From Alphaproteobacteria bacterium UBA1185 (GTDB lineage: Bacteria > Pseudomonadota > Alphaproteobacteria > Rs-D84): a DNA stretch of 64,000 nucleotides. The notes beneath the pieces are model-generated. The model was not told the origin of the DNA, searched no databases, and saw nothing but the letters and a program-made list of their open reading frames with translations. Location of the stretch: positions 4,996-68,995 of the forward strand of contig DBYN01000006.1 of the NCBI GenBank assembly GCA_002310415.1, given 5' to 3'. Numbering within the stretch: position 1 is the first letter of the stretch; every line of letters starts with the position of its first letter. The position numbers and the translations under genes were made by a program. Below are positions 39,027-48,986 of this stretch, piece by piece.

Positions 39027-39898
39027 CATCAAAATTTCTTGGCAAAGGTTTGGCTGAATTAAACAAAGAAATGGGACAAATACCGGATATTTCTGTTTTA
39101 ACAGGTTTGGAACGCGTTGTTGTAAAACCAATCCCATTGGTGCAAATTAGTCCAAATCCAGATCAACCGCGCAAACAATTCAAAGAACAAGAATTAAAAG
39201 AATTATCCGAATCGATTAAAGACAAAGGGGTTTTGGTTCCTATCATATTGCGCACAGTTCAAAACAAACCTTATCTTTACGAAATAGTCGCAGGCGAAAG
39301 ACGGTTTCGTGCCGCCCAAATGGCTGGATTAAGTGAAATTCCTGCATTAGTTAAAACATTAACAAATCAAAATGCGATGGAAATTGCTTTGATTGAAAAT
39401 GTACAACGTGAAAATCTGAACCCAATAGAAGAGGCCGAAGGTTATAAAAATTTAATGGAAAAATGCGAATATTCTATAAATGATGTATCAAAATTGATTG
39501 GAAAATCTGAGAGTTATATTCGAAATCTTATGCGTATAAATTCGTTACCCGAATCTGTTAAAGAAATGGTGCGCAGTGGCGAATTATCTGCATCACATGC
39601 ACGAACAATCGCGGTGTCAGATGATCCGGAAACATTGGCTCATCAAATAATAAACAATGGCTTGTCTGTTGCAGAAGCACAAAAACAGGTTAAAAAATCT
39701 GAACGTAAAAAAACAAGTCGTTCATTTAACACAAAGACACTAGATTCGGTCTATGTAACAAAAATAGAATCTAGATTATCAAACATACTGGAAACTAATG
39801 TCAAATTACGTGAAAGACGTGGCGGGGCAGGGGAAATTATTATTTCTTTTGCCAATCGTATTCAAATGGAAGAATTAATCAATAAACTGTCAAAATAA
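39023..39898 (+). CDS. parB: Chromosome partitioning protein ParB
   Basis: ParB box IVAGERRFRAA and an HTH region. 4-nt overlap with parA. Confidence 0.9.
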   Translation: MTSKFLGKGLAELNKEMGQIPDISVLTGLERVVVKPIPLVQISPNPDQPRKQFKEQELKELSESIKDKGVLVPIILRTVQNKPYLYEIVAGERRFRAAQMAGLSEIPALVKTLTNQNAMEIALIENVQRENLNPIEEAEGYKNLMEKCEYSINDVSKLIGKSESYIRNLMRINSLPESVKEMVRSGELSASHARTIAVSDDPETLAHQIINNGLSVAEAQKQVKKSERKKTSRSFNTKTLDSVYVTKIESRLSNILETNVKLRERRGGAGEIIISFANRIQMEELINKLSK

Positions 39899-39915
39899 TA
39901 AAATAAAAAACATAC

Positions 39916-39943
39916 AAAAACACCGGCAAATGCCGGTGTTTTT
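39916..39943. terminator. Bidirectional intrinsic terminator between parB and pal
   Basis: AAAAA-CACCGG-CAAATG-CCGGTG-TTTTT. Confidence 0.65.
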
Positions 39944-39960
39944 ATAATAAAATTACAACA

Positions 39961-40377
39961 TTATTTAACTGTTGTTGTAGCATTACGGTTGAACTTCCAG
40001 ACTTCTTCGCCTGTGCCCAAAACCAATGGACGTTCTTTTCCGTAAGAGATAGTAGAGATACGACGTGAATCTATACCATCATCGACCAATACTTTTTTGG
40101 CTGCATTTGCACGACGTGCGCCCAAAGCCAAGTTGTATTCAACAGAACCACGTTCGTCGCAATTACCAGCAATTTGGATTTTTGTGTCTTCGTGATTTTT
40201 CATATACAAAGATTGTCCCAACAAATTATCTTTTGCTTCGTCTGAAATTTCAGCAGAATTAAAAGCAAAAAATACACGTTGATTATTTAAATCAGCTGGT
40301 TCAACAACACCGCAACCAGAGCATGCAGCCATAAGTCCGGCAACACCAGCCAACAAAGCAAAGTTTTTTATTTTCAT
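39961..40377 (-). CDS. pal: Peptidoglycan-associated lipoprotein Pal (OmpA family)
   Basis: Lipobox LMAAC. IAGNCDERGSVEYNLALGARRANA matches the Pal signature (GxxDERGTxEYNLALGxRRA). Confidence 0.85.
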   Translation of the reverse strand: MKIKNFALLAGVAGLMAACSGCGVVEPADLNNQRVFFAFNSAEISDEAKDNLLGQSLYMKNHEDTKIQIAGNCDERGSVEYNLALGARRANAAKKVLVDDGIDSRRISTISYGKERPLVLGTGEEVWKFNRNATTTVK

Positions 40378-40451
40378 GAAAATACTCCCTTGAGTTTTTG
40401 TTGCTCAGGTTATATTGTATAATAAAATATAGATAAAATCAAGGATAAAAC

Positions 40452-41201
40452 ATGGGAAATTATATGTTACGTGATTTGGATATGGCTGGTGTTCGCTGGG
40501 AACTTACGGAAAACACATCAAAAACAAACACAAAGAAACCTTTAGTGCAACAAAATTTTGCTGATATCACGAATCACCAAACATCAAAACCTGTTATTGT
40601 ACCGCCTTGTGCACCGATTAGTTTAGATACAGTAAAATCAATGGTTACAAGACCAACTGATATTAATTCACTGATTCGTATGATTTGTGAATTTAATCAT
40701 CCACTACGAAATGGGGCTACTAATGTAGTGTTACCAAACATAGCCCAAAATCCAAATGGATTATTGATAATTACAGATATGCCAAGCACAGAAGATGATT
40801 TATCAGGTAATATTTTATCTGGGAATGCCGGCGAATTGATTGATAAAATGCTGTCTGCTATTGAAATGTCAAGAAACGAAGTATCTATTATACCGCTTGT
40901 TTTTTGGCGAACCCCAGGTGGCAGAACACCAAACCGTGAAGAATTAGATTTGGTGCGTCCGTTTATTGATAAAATGATAGATATGATAAAACCGAAAATA
41001 ATTTTAACATTGGGGACATTAACCGCAACTGAAATTGCCGGCACAAATTTAATGAACAAACATGGCGCAGAAATTCAAACAGATAAAGGTTATACAATTA
41101 TCCCTATTTATCATCCAAATTATCTAATATTAAAACCTAGCGCAAAACGCGAAGTGTGGGATGCACTGCAAAATGCGCAAAAATTGTTGAAAAATTGCTA
41201 A
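40452..41201 (+). CDS. Uracil-DNA glycosylase superfamily protein (family 4-like, with N-terminal extension)
   Basis: LLIITDMPSTEDDLSGNILSGNAGELIDKML resembles family 4 motif A (PGxxEDxxGxPFxGxAGxLL). Late motif IYHPNYLI. Confidence 0.65.
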   Translation: MGNYMLRDLDMAGVRWELTENTSKTNTKKPLVQQNFADITNHQTSKPVIVPPCAPISLDTVKSMVTRPTDINSLIRMICEFNHPLRNGATNVVLPNIAQNPNGLLIITDMPSTEDDLSGNILSGNAGELIDKMLSAIEMSRNEVSIIPLVFWRTPGGRTPNREELDLVRPFIDKMIDMIKPKIILTLGTLTATEIAGTNLMNKHGAEIQTDKGYTIIPIYHPNYLILKPSAKREVWDALQNAQKLLKNC

Positions 41202-41242
41202 AAATATTTAATAATTCCTTTGTATTACCAAAGGAGTACACA

Positions 41243-41791
41243 ATTAAAACCACAGTAAACAACAATAAAGCCCGCGATATGGGGCCACGTATAAATGACA
41301 AAATATTTGCTAAATCTGTCCAGGTAATAAGTCAAGATGGTCAAAATCTTGGTACGATGGGTATAAATGAAGCCTTGAATATGGCCTATGATGTGGGGTT
41401 GGATTTGGTTGAAATAAACGCAAACGCAACGCCTGTATTGGTAAAAATTATGGATTATGGTAAATATAAATACGAACAGAAAAAACGTGCAAACGAAGCA
41501 CGCAAAAAACAAAAAAGTATCGAGTTACGAGAAGTATGGGTTACCCCGGTGATTGAAGAAAACGATTTCAATGTAAAAATGAAGAAAGTTTTTGAATTTC
41601 TGGGGCAGGGTAACAAAGTAAAAATTGCGGTAATGACACATGGTGACAAAAGAATTTTGGCACGCAGTCGTGATGCTGTTCCACAGTTGTTTGAACGTAT
41701 TATTGCAATAATTGGCGACAAGGGAACATTAGAATCTAAATCAAAACCAGAAGAGCGAACAAAGTCGATTATTATCGCACCCGCAAAATAG
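41243..41791 (+). CDS. infC: Translation initiation factor IF-3, probable ATT start codon
   Basis: INDKIFAKSVQVISQDGQNLG...LDLVEI...PVLVKIMDYGKYKYE is a typical IF-3. AAGGAG (41231-41236) sits 6 nt before the in-frame ATT at 41243. Alternative ATG at 41279. The ORF-track start 41156 overlaps udg. Confidence 0.85.
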   Translation: MKTTVNNNKARDMGPRINDKIFAKSVQVISQDGQNLGTMGINEALNMAYDVGLDLVEINANATPVLVKIMDYGKYKYEQKKRANEARKKQKSIELREVWVTPVIEENDFNVKMKKVFEFLGQGNKVKIAVMTHGDKRILARSRDAVPQLFERIIAIIGDKGTLESKSKPEERTKSIIIAPAK

Positions 41792-41792
41792 A

Positions 41793-41817
41793 AATGCTGC
41801 CGTATGGCAGTATTTTT
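41793..41817 (+). terminator. Intrinsic terminator after infC
   Basis: ATGCTGCC-GTA-TGGCAGTAT (one mismatch) followed by TTTTTT. Confidence 0.5.
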
Positions 41818-41885
41818 TATCAAATATTAATGTTGCAAATTGACGTTTTATGCTGTATCTTAACATCATTAAAAAAGGATAAAAA

Positions 41886-42089
41886 ATGGATGCCGAAAAA
41901 TTATCTTTTGAAGAAGCCTATAAACAATTAACTGAACTGGTGCAAAAAATGGAATCTGGCGAAATGCCTTTGGCTGATTCTGTTGCTGCGTACGAACAGG
42001 GCATAAAATTAAAGGCATATTGTGAACAGTTATTAAAAGAGGCTGAATTAAAAATTGAAACTTTAAAGGTATCAAACACTGGCGAATAA
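41886..42089 (+). CDS. xseB: Exodeoxyribonuclease VII small subunit
   Basis: 67 aa. SFEEAYKQLTELVQKMESGEMPLADSVAAYEQGIKL is the typical XseB helix-turn pattern. Confidence 0.85.
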   Translation: MDAEKLSFEEAYKQLTELVQKMESGEMPLADSVAAYEQGIKLKAYCEQLLKEAELKIETLKVSNTGE

Positions 42090-42090
42090 T

Positions 42091-44601
42091 ATGGCAGAAA
42101 AAAACAAACTTTCACCAGTAATGCAACAATATGTTGATATGAAAGCAGAAAACCCAGATGCATTATTGATGTTTCGGCTGGGTGATTTTTACGAGGCTTT
42201 TTTTGAAGACGCAAAAACCGTAAGTGAAACATTAAGTTTGGTTTTAACACATCGCGGCACAGATGGGTTTGGTGAAAATGTGCCAATGTGTGGAATTCCT
42301 TGGCATGCAGCAGATAATTATTTTGGGCGTCTTGTTAAATCTGGATACAAACTTGCTTTGGTTGAACAAATGGAAACGCCACAACAAGCAAAGCAACGTG
42401 GACATAAATATATTGAACGCAAAGTTGTTCGTGTTTTAACACCCGGAACATTGACAGATGAAAATTTATTAACGCCCAAAAAATCTAATTTTTTGGTTTC
42501 GATTATTTATTTAGGTGATGATAAATTTGATTTAGCAGGTTGTGATATTTCAACTGGCGAGATGTTTGTTGGTCATACACAAAATATAATTGATGATATG
42601 ATTCGTATAAATCCCGCAGAAATTATATATCCAGAAAAAGATGCAGAAAATCAGATTGTAAAAACTTTGCGTGAATTATACAAAACAACACCTGTATATG
42701 AAAAATTGTATGTACGTTCTGATATAAATTTGATTGTTACGCGTGTATTCGGCGGAAACGTTAAATCTGACAAAGATAACAATATTTCTGCAACAACATT
42801 ATTGGCAGGATATCTGTTTAATACGCAACGTGGTGCAAATGTATCTTTTCGAACACCTTATGATTTTAAATCTGGGCATCAGTTATTGATTGATTCTGCA
42901 ACATGGAAAAGTTTGGAAATTGATGCACCTATTAATGATGGTGGCACTTGTTTATTAGATGTTATTGACAGAACCAAGACCGCCACAGGCGCACGAAAAT
43001 TACGTTCTTATTTGCGAACATTACCATCTAGTAAAGATATGATTTTATCTCGTCAAGAACACATTGGGCATTTATTAATTAACCATTCTTTGATGGCGGA
43101 AATAAACGGTGTTTTATCGCGTGTACCGGATGTTAATCGTGCATTAAGCAGATTATTGGCTGGACGCGGTACACCACGCGATATGCGCAATATATGTGAT
43201 TTTTTAAGTGTTTTGGATTCTGTTAAAATGTTTGGTTTAAAATTAGATTCAACTTTATCAGAACAATTCAAAAATATAGATACACATGATAATATCGCAA
43301 ATGAATTATTGTCTGCATTGGCTGATGAATTACCAACATTTTTCCGGGATGGAAATGTAATTAAATCCGGATTTAATTTGGCTTTGGACAATATGCGTAA
43401 TTTATCAAATGGCGCAATGGAAACGATCGCGAAGTTACAGGCAAAATATATAAATACAACAAATGTAAATAATTTAAAAATTAAATATAATAATATACTG
43501 GGATATTTTATAGAGGTTCCATCTTCTAAGGCAGATATATTGATGGCACCAGAATCTGGCTTTATACACAGACAGACAATGGCCGGTAATATGCGTTTTA
43601 CAACGCCAGAATTAATTGATTTGGATAATGATATTCGCAGCGCTTCTGAAAAAGCAACTGCAATTGAATCGGAAATAATAACAGATTTAATTAACAAAAT
43701 TCAAAGTATACAAACTGATTTAATGGATACAGCGGATTTAATCGCAGATGTTGATGTTTGGTTATCTTTGGCTGAATGTGCAGATTTGTATTCTTGGGTG
43801 CGTCCAACGATAACTACAAATAACGAATTTAATATCGTTGGTGGTCGACATCCGGTCATAGAATATGTTTTGCGTCAAAATGGAAATAATTTTGTTAAAA
43901 ATGATTGTGATTTGAATACCAAACCTGTCGCATTATTAACAGGTCCGAATATGGCTGGTAAATCTACGTATTTACGTCAAAATGCCATTTTGATTGTATT
44001 GGCGCATTTGGGCTCGTTTGTTCCAGCAACCAGTGCTACAATTGGTATTTGTGATCAATTGTTCAGTCGTGTTGGCGCATCAGATAATTTGGCGGCGGGT
44101 CAATCTACGTTCATGGTTGAAATGGTAGAAACTGCGAATATTTTAAATCGCGCAACAAAAGAATCTTTTATTATTTTTGATGAAATAGGGCGGGGCACAT
44201 CAACGTTTGACGGTATGGCTATTGCCCAGGCTGTATTAGAATATTTAAATGAATTAAGTCCGCGTACATTGTTTGCTACACATTATCATGAATTAACTCA
44301 ATTAGTGGACAGTGAAAATTTAAATAATGTTTCGTGTTTAACTATTGATGTTCGTGAACATAATAACGACATAATATTTTTACATAAAATTATAAGCGGT
44401 GTTGCAAATCGTTCGTATGGAATTGCTGTGGCGAAAATGGCCGGTATGCCAGAAAAAGTTTTGAATCGCGCCGAACAAGTATTGGAAAATTTAGAAAACA
44501 TCAAAGATAATAATCATCAGGTACAGAATTCACCAAAGCCATCTGTAAAGCCCGTATTAGAAGAGCCAAAACAAAAACCACAATTATCATTATTTGAATA
44601 A
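42091..44601 (+). CDS. mutS: DNA mismatch repair protein MutS
   Basis: 836 aa. N-terminus TPVMQQY-like (SPVMQQYVDMK), Walker A GPNMAGKST, DEIGRGTSTFDG, THYHEL. Confidence 0.95.
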   Translation: MAEKNKLSPVMQQYVDMKAENPDALLMFRLGDFYEAFFEDAKTVSETLSLVLTHRGTDGFGENVPMCGIPWHAADNYFGRLVKSGYKLALVEQMETPQQAKQRGHKYIERKVVRVLTPGTLTDENLLTPKKSNFLVSIIYLGDDKFDLAGCDISTGEMFVGHTQNIIDDMIRINPAEIIYPEKDAENQIVKTLRELYKTTPVYEKLYVRSDINLIVTRVFGGNVKSDKDNNISATTLLAGYLFNTQRGANVSFRTPYDFKSGHQLLIDSATWKSLEIDAPINDGGTCLLDVIDRTKTATGARKLRSYLRTLPSSKDMILSRQEHIGHLLINHSLMAEINGVLSRVPDVNRALSRLLAGRGTPRDMRNICDFLSVLDSVKMFGLKLDSTLSEQFKNIDTHDNIANELLSALADELPTFFRDGNVIKSGFNLALDNMRNLSNGAMETIAKLQAKYINTTNVNNLKIKYNNILGYFIEVPSSKADILMAPESGFIHRQTMAGNMRFTTPELIDLDNDIRSASEKATAIESEIITDLINKIQSIQTDLMDTADLIADVDVWLSLAECADLYSWVRPTITTNNEFNIVGGRHPVIEYVLRQNGNNFVKNDCDLNTKPVALLTGPNMAGKSTYLRQNAILIVLAHLGSFVPATSATIGICDQLFSRVGASDNLAAGQSTFMVEMVETANILNRATKESFIIFDEIGRGTSTFDGMAIAQAVLEYLNELSPRTLFATHYHELTQLVDSENLNNVSCLTIDVREHNNDIIFLHKIISGVANRSYGIAVAKMAGMPEKVLNRAEQVLENLENIKDNNHQVQNSPKPSVKPVLEEPKQKPQLSLFE

Positions 44602-44603
44602 AC

Positions 44604-45473
44604 ATGGACGGAATAATTATCTTGGACAAAGACAGCGGCCTGTTCAGCAGAACAGCCGGTTGGCGTGTTGCAAAACTATTTAACGAAAAGAAATTTGGGC
44701 ATATAGGAACATTGGACCCAATGGCCAATGGTGTTTTGCCAATTGCAATTGGAAATGCAACCAAAATGATTCCTTTTATTGAAGAAAACTGTCCAAATAT
44801 AAAAGAATACTTATTTGGTCTGAAATTTGGAATTGAAACAGACTCGCTGGATATCACTGGTAATATTGTAAAAACATGCGATATTATACCAAATGAACAA
44901 GATATAAAAAATGCAATTCAAAAAATTGTTGGCAACACAGAACAAATACCACCAAAATTTTCTGCCATTCATATAAACGGTAAACGCGCCTATGAATTGG
45001 CACGTCAAGGTCAAAAAATTGATATAAAGCCAAGAAACGTCTGTATACATGAATTAGAATATAATGGTAAATCCGACACAGAATACAATTTTCGCGTTTT
45101 ATGTTCGCGTGGTACATACGTCCGTTCAATTGTTCGCGATATCGCACAACTTTGCAATACAGTTGCTGTAACTACTTATATTCGCAGAATACAAACAAAT
45201 GGTTTTTGCATAAAAAATGCTGTAAAACTTGATTTTTTAGAAAATCTGGTTAATAATAACGGAAACATCAATGAATATTTGATGGATTCAGATTGTGCGC
45301 TGGGGGACATTCCGGTAATCAATTTGAATGATGAAAACACCAAATTATATAGAAATGGTGGATTCATAAAAACCGATGAACCAAACGGTTTGCGACGCGT
45401 TTATTATGATAACACTTTTGTTGGAATAGGGCGCGTTGTTGATGGTTTGCTTCGTCCACAAAGAACAATTTAA
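44604..45473 (+). CDS. truB: tRNA pseudouridine55 synthase TruB
   Basis: GHIGTLDPMANGVLPIAIG catalytic-Asp motif. 289 aa. Confidence 0.9.
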   Translation: MDGIIILDKDSGLFSRTAGWRVAKLFNEKKFGHIGTLDPMANGVLPIAIGNATKMIPFIEENCPNIKEYLFGLKFGIETDSLDITGNIVKTCDIIPNEQDIKNAIQKIVGNTEQIPPKFSAIHINGKRAYELARQGQKIDIKPRNVCIHELEYNGKSDTEYNFRVLCSRGTYVRSIVRDIAQLCNTVAVTTYIRRIQTNGFCIKNAVKLDFLENLVNNNGNINEYLMDSDCALGDIPVINLNDENTKLYRNGGFIKTDEPNGLRRVYYDNTFVGIGRVVDGLLRPQRTI

Positions 45474-45487
45474 CAAAGGAATATATA

Positions 45488-45760
45488 ATGTCCATAACAA
45501 AACAAAAGAAAAGCGAATTGGTCGCTGCGTTCAAGACATCTGAACGCGATAATGGTGGTTCTGCTGCATCTCAGGTTGCAGTTTTAACAGAACGTATCAA
45601 TAATTTAACACAACACATGAAAGCGAATCACAAAGATGAACATTCAAAACGTGGTTTGTTGTTGATGGTTAATCGCCGCAAAAAATTGTTGGCTTACATC
45701 AAAAATAAAAGTGTTGCTGAATACGAAGAACTTATTAAAAAATTGGGTCTGCGTAAATAG
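45488..45760 (+). CDS. rpsO: 30S ribosomal protein S15
   Basis: 90 aa. VAVLTERINNLTQHMKANHKDEHSKRGLLLMVNRRKKLLAY. Confidence 0.95.
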   Translation: MSITKQKKSELVAAFKTSERDNGGSAASQVAVLTERINNLTQHMKANHKDEHSKRGLLLMVNRRKKLLAYIKNKSVAEYEELIKKLGLRK

Positions 45761-45763
45761 TTT

Positions 45764-45825
45764 AAAAACACCAGTATTTTTCATCGCGACGTAGCAAAGC
45801 GAAGACGGATGCCGGTGTTTTTTTT
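45764..45825. terminator. Long-range bidirectional terminator-like hairpin enclosing the 29-nt GC-rich repeat
   Basis: AAAAACACCAG ... (37 nt) ... CCGGTGTTTTTTTT between convergent rpsO and the ABC permease gene. The loop carries repeat copy 2. Confidence 0.45.
45783..45811. repeat. GC-rich 29-nt dispersed repeat, copy 2
   Basis: See copy 1 at 26781-26809. Confidence 0.8.
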
Positions 45826-45830
45826 ATATT

Positions 45831-47048
45831 TTATTCGTATCTTAAACTGTCAATTGGATTTAATTTAGCGGCTTTGATTGCAGGCATAACACCAGATGAT
45901 AAACCGACAACAACCGCCACTGTAACAGATAATATCACCGGCCAAATACTGAACGGTACGTTATAATGCAATATAAACCGCCCAACACCTTGGGATAACC
46001 CAACCCCCATAACAAGACCAATCATTGAACCAATAAACGATATTAATACAGATTCTGATAAAAATTGGATAATTATTACACGTTCGCGCGCACCGATGGC
46101 TTTTCGTACACCAATTTCACGTGTACGTTCTGCAACAGATACCAACATCATATTCATAATACCAATAGAACCAACCAATAATGATACAGCCGCAATTGCC
46201 ACCAAAAGCAACTTTATATACCCTGTTACTGTATTCATTGTCTCCATAATTTGTTTCATATCTGTAACCTGGAAATCATTTTCATCGTTTTCTTTTATTT
46301 TATGCCTTTGGCGTAACAAAGATGTTATTTGGTCTGTTACAACGGCATTATCAGCATCTTGATATAATTTCAAAGCAATCATTGATACAGCATCGGGAAA
46401 ACGTGAACCCTGAACCCGCTTTTTTAGTGTTGTTACCGGTATAATAACCATATCATCCTGTGACCCCATCGCAGAATCACCTTTTTCTTTCATAATACCA
46501 ATTATTACAAATGGGGTATTTTGAATACGAATTATTTCACCAACTGGGTTTTCAGGCATTCCTAATTCTTTCGCCGTCGTTGGACCGATAACAGCATACG
46601 TTGATGCATTTTTTACCGCCATTCTGTCAAAAAACGTTCCATACTCCATTTCTATGTTTTGAACGGTAGCATAGTCTGGATAAACTCCAACCATTGATGT
46701 TGACCAGTTTTGATTTCCATAAATAACCTGGGCCCCAGCATTTTGTGCAGGTGTTACAGCAGAAACATCAGGTAATTTACCAATTTGTTCTGCATCACTT
46801 AACGTTAATGTTTGACGATTTCCCATTCGAACACCACCAGTACGCGCCGCACCAGCACGAATTACAATAGTATTTGTTCCCAAAGATGAAAATTGGTCCG
46901 TAATAGATTGTTGAACCGTTTCACCAACCGCAACCATTATCACCACAGCCATAACACCAATAATAATACCCAGAACCGTCAGAAACGAACGTAATTTATT
47001 TCCACTTATAGACAACCAAGATTCTTTTAATATGTCATACAGAGTCAT
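45831..47048 (-). CDS. ABC transporter permease, MacB/FtsX family
   Basis: 405 aa. N-terminal TM, large periplasmic domain, three C-terminal TMs. RTREIGVRKAIGA motif typical of FtsX-like permeases. Confidence 0.85.
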   Translation of the reverse strand: MTLYDILKESWLSISGNKLRSFLTVLGIIIGVMAVVIMVAVGETVQQSITDQFSSLGTNTIVIRAGAARTGGVRMGNRQTLTLSDAEQIGKLPDVSAVTPAQNAGAQVIYGNQNWSTSMVGVYPDYATVQNIEMEYGTFFDRMAVKNASTYAVIGPTTAKELGMPENPVGEIIRIQNTPFVIIGIMKEKGDSAMGSQDDMVIIPVTTLKKRVQGSRFPDAVSMIALKLYQDADNAVVTDQITSLLRQRHKIKENDENDFQVTDMKQIMETMNTVTGYIKLLLVAIAAVSLLVGSIGIMNMMLVSVAERTREIGVRKAIGARERVIIIQFLSESVLISFIGSMIGLVMGVGLSQGVGRFILHYNVPFSIWPVILSVTVAVVVGLSSGVMPAIKAAKLNPIDSLRYE

Positions 47049-47791
47049 TTTTTATGGCCTTTTTCCGCTTTTAACAAAGTATTTTCACTGGCTGGCACCG
47101 GACCATCGTACACTATACGTCCATCGTATATGTGAATAACCCTGTCGGCATACTTTGCGATTTCAAATTCATGAGTAATCATTATTATAGTTATTCCCAT
47201 ATCTTTATTTAATTTTTTAAAGAAATGTAGAATTTCATTACCCATTTTTGAATCCAATGCCCCAGTTGGTTCGTCTGCTAAAATTAACTTTGGATTACCA
47301 GCCAAAGCACGTGCAATTGCAACACGCTGTTTCATACCACCAGAAAGTTGTGTCGGAAAATAAGTTTCAAATTTTTCCAAACCAACCAACCTTAACATTT
47401 CACGCGCGCGTCTGATTCTGTCGTCCATAACCAATCCACGGTACATTAATGGTAACATTACATTATCCAAGATTGTTCTTTTGGGTAATAAATTAAAATT
47501 CTGAAAAACAAAGCCAATATATTCGTTTCGAATCGTTGCCAATTCATCATCTGTCATTGTGGTAATATCTTTGCCATATAATTCATACGTACCAGACGTA
47601 GCAGAATCCAACGCCCCAACAATATTCATACACGTAGATTTACCGGAACCACTGGGACCCATAATCGCAACAAATTCGCCAGATTTAACCGTAAACGTAA
47701 CGTCAAACAATACCTGCTGTTGTCCACCAATTGCCAATGGAAAACTTTTACAGACTTTGTTTAATGCGATAATCGGCGGTTCTTTTTTCAT
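47045..47791 (-). CDS. ABC transporter ATP-binding protein (MacB/LolD-like)
   Basis: Walker A GPSGSGKST, signature LSGGMKQR, Walker B LILADEPTG. The start MKKEPPIIAL at 47791 avoids overlap with the upstream adaptor gene; the ORF-track start is 47866. Confidence 0.9.
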   Translation of the reverse strand: MKKEPPIIALNKVCKSFPLAIGGQQQVLFDVTFTVKSGEFVAIMGPSGSGKSTCMNIVGALDSATSGTYELYGKDITTMTDDELATIRNEYIGFVFQNFNLLPKRTILDNVMLPLMYRGLVMDDRIRRAREMLRLVGLEKFETYFPTQLSGGMKQRVAIARALAGNPKLILADEPTGALDSKMGNEILHFFKKLNKDMGITIIMITHEFEIAKYADRVIHIYDGRIVYDGPVPASENTLLKAEKGHKK

Positions 47792-47801
47792 GTATTTAAT
47801 C

Positions 47802-48986
47802 CTACATTCTTGGTCCACCGCGCATTTCGCTTTTGTTTGTAGATTTTTGTCCAACAAAACCGACAATCAATTTATCATTGTTTTTGATTTCATCTGAAAT
47901 TAATTGTGTTTCTGTTGGTGTAACCAAACCACGTTTATACGGCACAAATATTGCTTTGCCGTCACGTTCAATTGCAAGATGTGTTTTTGGTGTTATATCA
48001 TCTGTTACACCATCAATGACATTTTTATACGTTCTTATTAAAAGACCAGAATTTTTTGTTTTCCAGGCCTCTTTGGCTTCTGCTACAACGATTGTAACGA
48101 AAGCGGTCATTCCTGGCATAAGGCGCAAATCTGCATTATCTACATTGATAACAACGGTATAAACAACCACATTGGATACTGTTGTTGGGGATAAACGAAT
48201 TTGATGCACATCGCCTTGAAAGGTTTGACCAGAATAAGCATCAACTGTAAACGTAACTGGTAAGCCCTTTTTAATCATGCCGATATCCGCTTCGGATACA
48301 GCAGTTTCTATTTGCATTTTTGATAAATCTTCGGCAATTTCAAATAAATCTGGTGTTTGGAAAGATGCAGCGACGGTTTGCCCTTTGTCCACCTTTCTTG
48401 AAATAACAGTTCCATCAACAGGTGAAGTAATTGTCGCATATCCCAAATTAGTAACTGCACGATCATATGAATATTGTGCTTTTTTTACCGCCTGTTCCGC
48501 TTGTTCATAGGTTGTTTGAGATTTTTCCATCTCTGCACGTGATATAAATCCATCTTTGTACAAAGACTGATTACGCTTGTATTCGCTTTTTGCATATTTC
48601 AATTGAGATTGTGCAGATTTCAAAGATGCATTTGCTTCGTCAACCGATGATTGCAAAACTGACGGTTCTATGGTTAACAAAACATCACCTTTTTTCACTT
48701 TGGAATTAAAATCCACAAAAATATCTTCTATTGTTCCAGAAACCTGGGAACCAACACTAACTGTGTTTACAGGCTGAATTTCACCGGTTGCCGTAACAGT
48801 TTGAATAACATCGCCACGAACAATATCTACGGTTACATAATCTTTCTTTTTGCTTGAAACCTTTGGACAAAGCCACCAACAAAGCCCACCGGCAATTAAC
48901 AGTAATATTATTATCCACCATTTATTACGCCACATCCAACCAAAAAATCTTCTTATAAAAGATGGCTTTTTTTCTTCACTTTTCAT
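47802..48986 (-). CDS. Efflux periplasmic adaptor (HlyD/MacA family membrane fusion protein)
   Basis: 394 aa. N-terminal TM, GEIQPVNTVSVGSQVSGTI lipoyl-like motif, coiled-coil hairpin, beta-barrel region. Confidence 0.85.
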   Translation of the reverse strand: MKSEEKKPSFIRRFFGWMWRNKWWIIILLLIAGGLCWWLCPKVSSKKKDYVTVDIVRGDVIQTVTATGEIQPVNTVSVGSQVSGTIEDIFVDFNSKVKKGDVLLTIEPSVLQSSVDEANASLKSAQSQLKYAKSEYKRNQSLYKDGFISRAEMEKSQTTYEQAEQAVKKAQYSYDRAVTNLGYATITSPVDGTVISRKVDKGQTVAASFQTPDLFEIAEDLSKMQIETAVSEADIGMIKKGLPVTFTVDAYSGQTFQGDVHQIRLSPTTVSNVVVYTVVINVDNADLRLMPGMTAFVTIVVAEAKEAWKTKNSGLLIRTYKNVIDGVTDDITPKTHLAIERDGKAIFVPYKRGLVTPTETQLISDEIKNNDKLIVGFVGQKSTNKSEMRGGPRM

